This document shows positions 19,559 through 29,969 of a stretch of DNA of 31,838 bases, one piece after another (position 1 is the first letter of the stretch; every line of letters begins with the position of its first letter). The notes below the pieces were generated by a model. That model ran no database searches. It had not been told where the DNA came from and saw nothing but the letters and a program-made list of their open reading frames with translations. Both the position numbers and the translations under genes were made by a program. The stretch comes from an uncultured delta proteobacterium (lineage in GTDB: Bacteria > Myxococcota_A > Polyangia > Haliangiales > Haliangiaceae): NCBI GenBank assembly GCA_963764695.1, contig CAVXTW010000015.1, positions 477,845-509,682 of the forward strand. Direction: 5' to 3'.

Positions 19559-20644
19559 TGGCCCGCATCACGCTCCAGAAGGTGCGGCACAGCTATCACG
19601 CGAAGCCGAAAGACCCGGCCGACTGGGCGCTCAAGGAGCTCGATCTCGAGTGGCGCGACGGCGGCGCGTACGCCCTGCTCGGCCCGTCCGGCTGCGGCAA
19701 GACGACGCTGCTCAACATCATCTCGGGGCTGGTGCGGCCGACCGAGGGGCGGGTGCTGTTCGACGGCGCCGACCTGACCGACGTGCCCACCGACCGGCGC
19801 CACATCGCGCAGGTGTTCCAGTTCCCGGTCGTCTACGACACGATGACCGTGCGCGACAACCTGGCCTTTCCGCTGCGCAACCGCGGCCTGCCCGAGGCGG
19901 ACATCCAGGCCAAGGTGGAGGAGATCGCGCGCATGCTCGATCTCGAGCCGCATGCTGGGCCGGCGCGCCTCGGGGCTGACGGCCGACGGCAAGCAGAAGA
20001 TCTCGCTCGGCCGCGGGCTGGTCCGCTCCGACGTCAACGTCATCATGCTCGACGAGCCGCTGACGGTCATCGACCCGCACCTCAAGTCGCAGCTGCGCTC
20101 CAAGCTGCGCGAGCTGCACCAGCGCATCACGCGCACGATGATCTTCGTGACCCACGACCAGACCGAGGCGCTGACCTTCGCCGACCAGGTGGTGGTCATG
20201 CACGACGGCACCGTGGTGCAGATCGGGTCGCCGGTCGAGCTGTTCGAGAAGCCGCAGCACACCTTCGTGGGTCACTTCATCGGCTCGCCGGGCATGAACG
20301 TGCTGCCGTGCGAGCTCAACGGTGACTCGGCGCTGCTGGCCGGGACCAAGGTCCGCGTGGACAACCCGCCGGCCGGGCCGCTCGACGGCAAGCGCCTCGA
20401 GATCGGCGTGCGCCCGGAGTTCGTGAAGCTGGCGAAGGAGGGCATCCCGGTCCGCATCGTGCGGGTGAGCGATGCCGGCCGCCACCGCATCGTCAACGCG
20501 CGCCACGGCGAGATCGGCATCAAGCTGCTCGTCGACGACGGCGTGCCGGTGCCGAGCGAGGTGGCCCACGTGCAGTTCGACCAGGCGCACACGCGCCTGT
20601 ACGCCGACGGCTGGCTGGTGGAGAAGGACGCCGACCGGGGCTGA
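19558..20644 (+). CDS. second ABC ATP-binding protein (MalK-like) with degenerate signature motif; reading frame broken near 19951-19957
   Basis: N-terminal half in frame 1 (Walker A GPSGCGKTT ... LDLEPH); C-terminal half in frame 2 (GRRASGLTADGKQKISLGRGLV, Walker B VIMLDEPL, H-loop VTHD, TOBE-like tail). Joining them needs one nucleotide removed. The signature reads LTADGKQK instead of LSGGQRQR. Confidence 0.7.
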
Positions 20645-20656
20645 CCGAGGTCAGAG

Positions 20657-22324
<1,668 letters not shown>

Positions 22325-22337
22325 GGGAGCGACGACC

Positions 22338-22625
22338 ATGTGGAGCAAGCTCTCGTGGATGGCGTGGACCTGGCAGACGGCTGTCTTCTTCCTGGCCATC
22401 GGCTTCTTGCTCCTGTGCATGGCCATCTGGGAGTGGCGCCGTCCGGGCGGCGCGCCCCGCCGCGGCATCCTGCGCATCGACACCACCCGCGGCGACCGCC
22501 TGTTCATCTCGCTGCTCGGCACGGCCTTCATCTTCCTCGGCTGGCTGGCCGCATTCGGCAGCGGCCTGTGGGGCGCGGCGGCCGTCGCCGTCGTCTACGC
22601 GCTCGCCGTCTTCCGCTGGGTGTGA
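22338..22625 (+). CDS. small 2-TM membrane protein (DUF2160-like accessory protein of glycerol-type ABC operons)
   Basis: GAGGGAG RBS 8 nt upstream; product MWSKLSWMAWTWQTAVFFLAIGFLLLCMAIW...LGWLAAFGSGLWGAAAVAVVYALAVF has two hydrophobic helices. The family assignment is from memory. Confidence 0.6.
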   Translation: MWSKLSWMAWTWQTAVFFLAIGFLLLCMAIWEWRRPGGAPRRGILRIDTTRGDRLFISLLGTAFIFLGWLAAFGSGLWGAAAVAVVYALAVFRWV

Positions 22626-22632
22626 GCGCCGC

Positions 22633-23595
22633 GTGAAGGCACTCCGCTTCTCGGACGCGCCGAGGCTCGAAGAAGTGGATGAGCCGCGGCCGGGTCCCGA
22701 CGAGGCCTTGATCCGCGTCCGCCGGGCCGGCATCTGCACGACCGACCTCGAGATCGTGCGAGGCTATCTCGGCTTCCGGGGCACCCTGGGCCACGAGCTC
22801 GTCGGCGAGGTGGTCGATGTCGGAGGGGGCGAGGGCCGCGAGTGGGTCGGCGCGCGGGTGACCGGCGAGATCAACCTCGGCTGTGCGCGGTGCGAGCGAT
22901 GCCTGTCCGGCCTGTCTCGGCACTGCGCGACCCGGACAACCCTGGGCATCGTCGGCAAGGACGGCTGCTTCGCCGAGTACGTGACCCTTCCAGTCCGCAA
23001 CCTGCACCGCGTCCCCGAGGGCCTGTCGGACGCTGTCGCCGCGTTCACCGAACCGCTCGCCGCCGCCTACGAGATCCTCGAACAGCTGCGGGTGGAGCCG
23101 GACAGCCGCGTGGCCGTCCTGGGCGACGGCAAGCTCGGCTCCCTGGTCGCACTCGTCCTGGTGCAGACCGGCGCCGACGTCACGCTGGTCGGCCGCCACC
23201 GCCACAAGCTGGAGAAGGTGGCCAGCCGCGGCGTGCGGACAGCGATGGTCGATGAGAGCATCGGTGGCAACTTCGACCTGGTCGTCGAGGCGACCGGCTC
23301 GGCCGCCGGCTTCGAGCGAGCCCGGTCCCTTCTGCGCCCACGTGGGACCATGGTCCTCAAGAGCACCTACCACGGCAAGCTCGAGCTAGACGCCGCGCCC
23401 CTTGTCATCGACGAGATCACCGTCGTCGGCTCGCGCTGCGGCCCCTTCGCCCCCGCCCTGCGCGCCCTGAAGGAGGGCCGCATCGATCCGGCGCCGTTCA
23501 TCGAGGACGCCTATCCCCTCGCCGACGGCCTGGCCGCGCTCGAGCGCGCCGCGACACCCGGCGTGGCCAAGGTCCAGCTTCTCTGCGAGGCGTGA
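22633..23595 (+). CDS. zinc-dependent alcohol/polyol dehydrogenase (MDR superfamily)
   Basis: GTG 22633, 8 nt after the upstream stop. Catalytic-zinc GHELVGEV, structural-zinc C-x2-C-x2-C-x7-C (CARCERCLSGLSRHC), Rossmann GDGKLG. Confidence 0.8.
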   Translation: MKALRFSDAPRLEEVDEPRPGPDEALIRVRRAGICTTDLEIVRGYLGFRGTLGHELVGEVVDVGGGEGREWVGARVTGEINLGCARCERCLSGLSRHCATRTTLGIVGKDGCFAEYVTLPVRNLHRVPEGLSDAVAAFTEPLAAAYEILEQLRVEPDSRVAVLGDGKLGSLVALVLVQTGADVTLVGRHRHKLEKVASRGVRTAMVDESIGGNFDLVVEATGSAAGFERARSLLRPRGTMVLKSTYHGKLELDAAPLVIDEITVVGSRCGPFAPALRALKEGRIDPAPFIEDAYPLADGLAALERAATPGVAKVQLLCEA

Positions 23596-23597
23596 TT

Positions 23598-23621
23598 GGC
23601 CGGGCAGCATCGGGCTGCCGG
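23598..23621. terminator. imperfect GC hairpin (CCGGGCAGC-atcgg-GCTGCCGG) between convergent genes
   Basis: Read directly; 8-bp stem with one bulge, no clear U-tract. Confidence 0.25.
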
Positions 23622-23641
23622 AGTCATCTCGGCCCGCTCGC

Positions 23642-24249
23642 TCAGCGGCCGGCGATCGGCTCGGCGCCGAGCTCGCGCATGACCTGGCGGAAGACCGGGA
23701 GCTCCTGCGCGCCCTGCACGGCGAGGCGGCCGTCGAAGATGAAGGTCGGCACGGCGTGGATGCCGAGCTCGTTCGCCTCGCGGACGCTCTCCTCGACGGT
23801 AGCGCGGTAGGTGCCGGCCTCGATCGCGGCCTGCAGCTCGTCCGGGTCGATGCCGACCTCGGCTGCCGCGCCGCGCAGGGTCTCGAGCGCGTACAGGTCC
23901 TGGCCCTCGGTCCAGTAGCGCCGCAGCAGCGACGCGTGCATCGGGTTCAGCTGGCCGTGCACGCGCGCGAGCTCGGCCGCCTCGTGGGCGCGCCGCGTGG
24001 AGGGCACGATCTCGCGGCGCACCATGACCAGGCCCTCGCGCTCGGCCCGCTTCTTCAGCGGATCGTTCGGGTCACTGGCCCGCGCACGCACGTACGCCGG
24101 CAGCGGTCGCCCCTCCGGCGGCGTGTCCGGTCGGAGGAAGAACGGCCGCCAGTCGACGGTGAGGTCATATTCCCGGCCCAGCTTGGCGATCTCGACGAGA
24201 CCGACGTAGCACCAGGGTCAGACGAAGTCGGACCAGATCGCGACGTCCA
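23642..24249 (-). CDS. DsbA/FrnE-like thiol:disulfide oxidoreductase with in-frame TGA (24217-24219) at first Cys of CPWC (candidate selenocysteine) and a 1-nt frame break near 24181-24183
   Basis: Minus-strand ATG at 24249 gives MDVAIWSDFV-TGA-PWCYVGLVEIAK; continuing with one inserted nt gives LGREYDLTVDWRPFFLRPD...IHAVPTFIFDGR, the FrnE/DsbA thioredoxin fold. The ORF track shows only the C-terminal 149 aa (23642-24091). Confidence 0.6.
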
Positions 24250-24324
24250 TGTATGGGGAATATAGAGCTGTGGCCGGGTGCGTCAAGCGAGTGTCCCGGG
24301 TCGCCTGCCCGGTATACTCATCCC

Positions 24325-24936
24325 ATGGCCAGTCTGGCGGAGCTGCGCGAGCGCGACGACGCCCCGACGGGAGATCAGTTCGTTCATCTTCGCGGCGTGT
24401 CGTGGGAGGACTACGAGCGGCTGCTGGAGATGCGTGGCGATCATTCGGCCCCGCGCATCTCGTTTCTGGAGGGAACCGTCGAGATCATGACCCCATCGCG
24501 GGACCATGAAGGCGTCAAGTCCTGGATCGGATGTCTGGTCGAGGTGTACTGCCTCGAGATCGGGGTCGAGTTCAGGACCTACGGATCCTGGACGATCAAG
24601 GAGCGACGCGAGGAGCGCGGCGTGGAGCCGGACGAGTGCTACGTGTTCGGAACCGATCCGGCCGATCGGCCCCACCTGGCCATCGAGGTCATCTGGACCT
24701 CCGGAGGCATGAACAAACTGGAGATCTATCGCCGCCTCGGCGTGCGCGAGGTATGGATCTGGCGTCGCGGCCACATCCAGGTCCACGCGCTACGCAGCGA
24801 CCAGTACGAGGCTCTACCCGCAAGCGAGGTCCTGCCCGGGATCGACCTCGACGAGCTGGCCAGCTATCTGGACCGGCCGACCACCAGCCAGGCCATGCGC
24901 GACTACCGCGCCGCCATCGTGGCCCGGCGCGGCTGA
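24325..24936 (+). CDS. Uma2-family (DUF820) PD-(D/E)XK putative endonuclease
   Basis: Start taken at MASLAELRERDD (ATG 24325). Conserved PHLAIEVIWTSGGMNKLEIYRRLGVREVWIWRRG block typical of Uma2 proteins. Confidence 0.7.
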   Translation: MASLAELRERDDAPTGDQFVHLRGVSWEDYERLLEMRGDHSAPRISFLEGTVEIMTPSRDHEGVKSWIGCLVEVYCLEIGVEFRTYGSWTIKERREERGVEPDECYVFGTDPADRPHLAIEVIWTSGGMNKLEIYRRLGVREVWIWRRGHIQVHALRSDQYEALPASEVLPGIDLDELASYLDRPTTSQAMRDYRAAIVARRG

Positions 24937-24964
24937 GGTTCAGCCGACCCCGTTCCGCGCCGGG

Positions 24965-26446
24965 TCACGAGCACGCCGTGCACTCGGGCGACCGATGCAC
25001 CTGACACGCGGCGCGACCGACGGCGCCGCGGCGCGACCGGGCCGGCAGCGCCATGGCCACGACACCGAGGACCGCGGCGACCACCGAGACGACGACCGCC
25101 GCGTGGAAGCCGTCCAGGATCTGAGCCGGCGACCCGCCCGGAACGGTCCAGGCGCTGTTGACCGCCGTGACGGCGGCCAGCACGAGGGCGCCGCCGACCT
25201 GGAACGATGTCGTCACCAGGCCGCTGGCGAGCCCCTGCTCGTCCGGCGCGATGCCGTTGGTGGCGGCGATGTTGAGCGGCCCGTAGGCCAGCGCGAAGCC
25301 GAGCCCGGCCAGCAGCACCGTCGGCAGGATGACGGGCACGTAGCTCGAGTCCAGGCCGGTGCGGAGGAAGAGCGCGTACGAAGCCACGGTCGAGCTGAGG
25401 CCGATCAAGATGAGCGGCTTGATCCCGAGTCGCTCGACCAGCGGCTCTACCCGCGGAGCGAGGATGGCGACCAGCAGGCCGCCGGGAAAGATGGCCAGCC
25501 CGGTCTCCAGCGCCGACCATCCGCGCAGCTGCTGCATGTACAGCGTCGCGATGAACTGAAAGCCGACGTAAGCCCCGAAGAGCGACATGGCGCCGAGGTT
25601 GGCGCGCACCAGCGAGCTCGAGCGCAGGATGCCCAGCCGCACCAGCGGCGAGTCGGTCCTCGCCTCGTGCCTGACGAAGCCGACCAGGATCGCGGCCGCG
25701 ACGGCGAACGAGCCCAGCGTACGCGCCGATGCCCAGCCGGCCTCCGGCGCCTCGACGACGGTGAAGACCAGCAGCAGCATCGCCGCGGTCAGCGCGACCG
25801 CACCGGCGACATCGAACGCCCGCGAGGAACCGTCGCGCGGCGGATCCGCCGGCACCAGCGCATACCCGGCAAGAAGAATGAAGAGCGCGACCGGCACCGG
25901 CAGGAAGAACACCCAGCGCCAGCTGATGACGGTCAGCACGCCGCCGAAGACAAGACCGAGCGAGAACCCGATCGCACCCGTCGCGGTGTAGACAAGGAGC
26001 GCCCGGTTGCGCGCCGGCCCCTCGGCAAAGCTCGTCGTGATGATCGAGAGCCCGGCCGGCGCCGTGAACGCCGCGCTGATCCCCTTGATGAGCCGCGTCG
26101 CGATGAGCAGCGGCCCTGCGTCGGCCAGCCCACCCAGCGCAGACGCAACCACGAACACGGCAAGCGAGACCAGAAACATCCGTCGCCGGCCCAGAAGATC
26201 CGCAGCCCGACCACCGAGCAGCAAGAACCCGCCGTACCCCAGCACGTACCCGCTCACCACCCACTGCAGCGAGCCATTGGACATGCCGAGATCGGCACCG
26301 ATCGACGGCAGCGCAACACCGATCATCGAAACATCGAGCGCATCGAGAAAGATCGCGCCACAAAGCACGAGCAACATCCCGCGCGCCCGCGCGCTCAGAC
26401 GCTCGACGCCGCTGTGAGGCGCAGGCAAGACATGAGTGGACGACAC
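24965..26446 (-). CDS. MFS transporter, DHA2 (EmrB/QacA-like, 14-TM) drug:H+ antiporter family
   Basis: GTG 26446 preceded by GAGGAG at 7 nt. The listed start 26563 adds a low-complexity leader. TM1 LDALDVSMIGVALPSI and motif GRAADLLGRRRMFL are present. Confidence 0.8.
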   Translation of the reverse strand: MSSTHVLPAPHSGVERLSARARGMLLVLCGAIFLDALDVSMIGVALPSIGADLGMSNGSLQWVVSGYVLGYGGFLLLGGRAADLLGRRRMFLVSLAVFVVASALGGLADAGPLLIATRLIKGISAAFTAPAGLSIITTSFAEGPARNRALLVYTATGAIGFSLGLVFGGVLTVISWRWVFFLPVPVALFILLAGYALVPADPPRDGSSRAFDVAGAVALTAAMLLLVFTVVEAPEAGWASARTLGSFAVAAAILVGFVRHEARTDSPLVRLGILRSSSLVRANLGAMSLFGAYVGFQFIATLYMQQLRGWSALETGLAIFPGGLLVAILAPRVEPLVERLGIKPLILIGLSSTVASYALFLRTGLDSSYVPVILPTVLLAGLGFALAYGPLNIAATNGIAPDEQGLASGLVTTSFQVGGALVLAAVTAVNSAWTVPGGSPAQILDGFHAAVVVSVVAAVLGVVAMALPARSRRGAVGRAACQVHRSPECTACS

Positions 26447-26796
26447 GACTGTTCTCCTCGGTCGGGAATCGTGAAGCAGCGGCCTGACAGCACCGCCGCG
26501 GGGCGGGCCGCTGGCCCGGCGAATCGCCGGACGGGCCCGCGAGACGATTGCTAGAACAGTCATCTAAAGAGCCGCGGACGGACGTCAAACACAGCTCCGC
26601 CCCGCGAGCACCCGAACAGCCCGGCAAGTGCCCATCATCAATCGGCCGAGGGCCTCGGATCGCGACCCGGGATCTGCCGGCGATGATGCCTCGCGCGCGA
26701 TCGGCCTCCGGCGTGCCGGTCCGCAACATCGCGATTACAGACTCCGTCCGGACAGGTTGTCGAGGTCGTCGGCCTCGAGGAAGCCGTGAACGGCCG

Positions 26797-28333
26797 CTAC
26801 TCGATCTCCATCACCATGGTCCCCGACGAAAGCGCCTCGCCGACTAGCCGTGTGAGCTCGGCCAGGATCTGGTCGGCGGTTGGCACCGTGCATCCCTCGG
26901 ACGGGTCAACACGTTCGAAGGAGGGCGCTCTGGAAGGCGCCACCCGCCGAAGCAGTTCCAAAAACTTCGGAGTCACTGGAATGGTCTCCACGAGATGCGA
27001 AGCATCCCGGAATCCGCCTTCCACGGCGTCAACGAATGGCAGCCGCTCCCCGCCATCGCTCATGTCCGAGAGAGCCTCGAGGATCCATCGCCAGTAGACA
27101 TCCGAGAGGACAAGCTCCGACTGGTGCGAACGGAACCGCGCAAATCCCTGGATCGGCCGGCTGACAAGGAACCGGGTGCGGTCCGAGGGATTGTTCGCAG
27201 TCACCGCAACTCCGTTCGTCAGAAAGGTGTTACTTGGGGGCCCGCGCCGGCCATCACCAGGGCGGGCACGTCGCTCGCAGGGATCGGTCGGGCAGTCAAC
27301 GTAGTCGTCGGGGAGCGGGGAGACAGGCTGGCCCTGATCCCCATTCTCGAGGCCCTTGGTGCCCTCGTACTGGTTGCCGAAGACGGTCAGCCCGGCCGAT
27401 GGTTCGTCGTCATAGAGGATGTTGGGGTCGTTCACTCCGGCGAAGGCGTTGTTCTCGACGACTGCGCGCGCCTCGACGCCGGCCCCGATGCAGTAGTTGT
27501 TGCCGGCGGCGGTGTAGTAGTTGTTGAGCAGGTGCACGTAGCCGAAGCGCATGCGGGGCATGCGCTCGACGACGCCGTCGGCCCACCAGTTGTGGTGGAA
27601 CGTGACCCGCAACCGGCCCTGGTCCTCCGCCTGGTTGTCGTCGTCGTGACCGATGAGATTGGAGAAGCGGTGATCGGCTGGCGCCGCGTCGGTGTAGTGG
27701 AACAGGCTCGACGAGATCGTCACGTTGTCGGAGCCGTGCGTGACGTCGAGATTGCCGTCGGGGGCGTCGAACACATCGACGTGGTCGATCCAGATGTGGT
27801 GGGCAAAGAAGATCTGGATCCCATCCTCGATGTCGGTCGTGGTGCCGTCAACGTGCAGGTTGCGGATGATGACGTTCGAGATGCGCTCGGTGAGGCTCTC
27901 GCCGTGGATGCGGATCCCGCCGCGGATCCCGGAATCCGGCCCCACACCGACGATCGTCTTGTTCGACGCCACGTCCAGCGCCGGCGTGTCGAGCATGCCG
28001 TCGAACGTGAATGACGCGCGGCTCGGGGTCCTCGGCCAGCGCCAGAAGCTCCTCGGCCGTGGTCACGGTGATGGGAGGCTCTTCTCCGCCCCCGGTCGTG
28101 GTCGGCACGCCGTCGCCGGCGACTGCAGCCCAGCCGCACAGACCTTCGGCGGGCGGGACGACCGGTGCACCGTCGGACAGATCGCCATCTCCGCCGCCAC
28201 CGCCGTCGGCGCCCGGCTGCCCGGCGGCGTCCATCCCCTCCCCGCCCGACTCGGAGTCGCTACAGGCCGACAGCGAGGCCGCGGCCAGCAACGCAATCGC
28301 AGCCGCTGGCAGGAAGCAGGCTCGAGTCCACAT
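26797..28333 (-). CDS. pectate lyase (PL1) lipoprotein with C-terminal extension; reading frame broken near 28001-28006
   Basis: N-terminal lipoprotein signal (MWTRACFLPAAAIALLAAASLSAC) and ...TVTTAEELLALAEDPEPRVIHV in one frame; DGMLDTPALDVASNKTIVGVG, NVIIRNL, WIDH, HNWW, RMPRMRFGYVHLLNNYY in the other (ORF 26797-27996). Removing one t in gtt restores ...RVIHVDGMLD... Confidence 0.7.
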
Positions 28334-28502
28334 ACCTTGACGGAGGCCGCGCCGCCCAGATCCGGGTCAGATCGGTCGTGGCGCCAACCCGCCGAACGGG
28401 CTCGGCAGGGGCTGGAGTCGCGGCCCCCCAGACGGCGAGCAGACATGTCAGCCAACCCGGCCCGCGTCGCCCTCCTGGCCATCGTTCGGGCTGGTCGCGC
28501 CC

Positions 28503-29952
28503 TTGCATCGCCACGGGCCGATGCAGCCTCCGGTGGCACTGTCCCGAAGCTCGGCCTTCTCCTGTCGCTGGCGGGTCAAGGACCGGCTGGTCGCGTCGCT
28601 CGAGCCCTTCATCGGCGATGTCGCCCGGCGCGTGGCCGGACGGGAAGGCCTGCGCGACGCGGTGGTGGCGGCGGCGAGCGCGGCGCCCGACCTGGCTCGC
28701 CACTTCGACTTCAATCCGTCGCGCCCGGCCGGCGACTTCGACTTTGGCTTGAAGCCTTCGATCCTGCACCGGGAGGACGATGCGGTCAACGACATGACCT
28801 TCTGGGCCGGCGACCGCGATGTCCGCCTGCATCTCGAGATGTCGGACAACTGCCTGCGGCCCATCGCCGACCTTGTCGAGCGGTCTGCCCGCGCATCGTT
28901 CTCTGCCGACCAGCTGCGAGCGGACCTGCCCGACGACCTGCACACGCTGTTCGACGAGCTGCTCGACTGCGGCTTTCTGTCGGAGGCGGCGGAATCGACC
29001 GCGACGCGCCCCCGCTGGAACGCGGCCGCGCCCGGCATCACTCGCCTGCAGCACGCGTCGCTTCTTTACAGGACGGGCACGACCTCGGTGCTCGTCAATC
29101 CCCACTTCCATTCCGGGCTCGGGGGCGCGGCCACGTCGAACCATCGACCTGGCCGACCTCGGTCGCGTCAACGCCATCGTCATCTCGCACGGCCACGCCG
29201 ACCACTGGTACCTGCCCACCTTGATGCTGTTCCCGCGCGATACGCCGATCATCGTCCCGGAGGCCCCGGGCTCGACGATCCTGTGCGACGACTTCGTCGC
29301 CGTGCTGCGCGGCCTGGGCTTCCGCCACATCGTCCCGCTGGCGTGGTACGCGCCGCCCCATGTCGTCGGTGACCTCGAGATCCACGCGCTGCCGTTCTAC
29401 GGCGAGCAGCCGCTCCTGACCGAGCAGCCGCGCGACCCGGCCCTGCGCAACTGGGGCAACACATACGTCGTCCGCAGCGACGGCTTCACGTCCTGGTTCC
29501 TCATCGACGCCGGCCAGGACGCCTCCGGCAGCATGGCCGACGTCGCGCAGCACGTCCGCTCGCAGTTCGGCCCGATCGACTTCCTGCTCAGCAACCTGCG
29601 CCCCTTCTGCGCGTCCACGCCGTTCTACATCACCAGCGGCCACTACTGGCTATCACTGACGGCCGACCAGATGCAGCGCTTCCCCTCGATGCGAGACCAC
29701 TGCATCACCCTGTCACCGCCCGGAGTCGCCGAGGTCTGCCGCATCACCCAGGCTCGCCACTTCCTGCCCTACGCCCACTGGTGGTCTGCCCTCGGCGCCC
29801 GCATCGAGCGCGAGGATCGCCTCCTCACCTGGCTATCCGACGAGCTGGCCCGAAACCGAGCCGGCACGCGCATCCTCGACTGGACCGTCGGCGACCAGCT
29901 TCACGTCCGCAGCGCAGGGTCCGCGGATGTCCGCCCTCCAGACCGGGCTTGA
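28503..29952 (+). CDS. metallo-beta-lactamase-fold hydrolase with ~200-aa unrecognised N-terminal domain; reading frame broken near 29115-29140
   Basis: Frame 0 ORF (28503-) gives the N-domain through ...LLYRTGTTSVLVNPHFHSG; frame 1 ORF continues RTIDLADLGRVNAIVISHGHADHWYLP (HxHxDH). Start uncertain: TTG 28503 or ATG 28521. A GGGGG run at 29121-29125 is a likely indel site. Confidence 0.65.
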
Positions 29953-29969
29953 TGCCCGCAGGCTCGGAC

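Noticed and set aside
26447-26796. 350-bp gap between pectate lyase and MFS genes scanned for tRNA/sRNA or regulator sites
   Set aside because: No tRNA-like T-loop/anticodon architecture and only weak 4-5-bp inverted repeats; nothing supportable.
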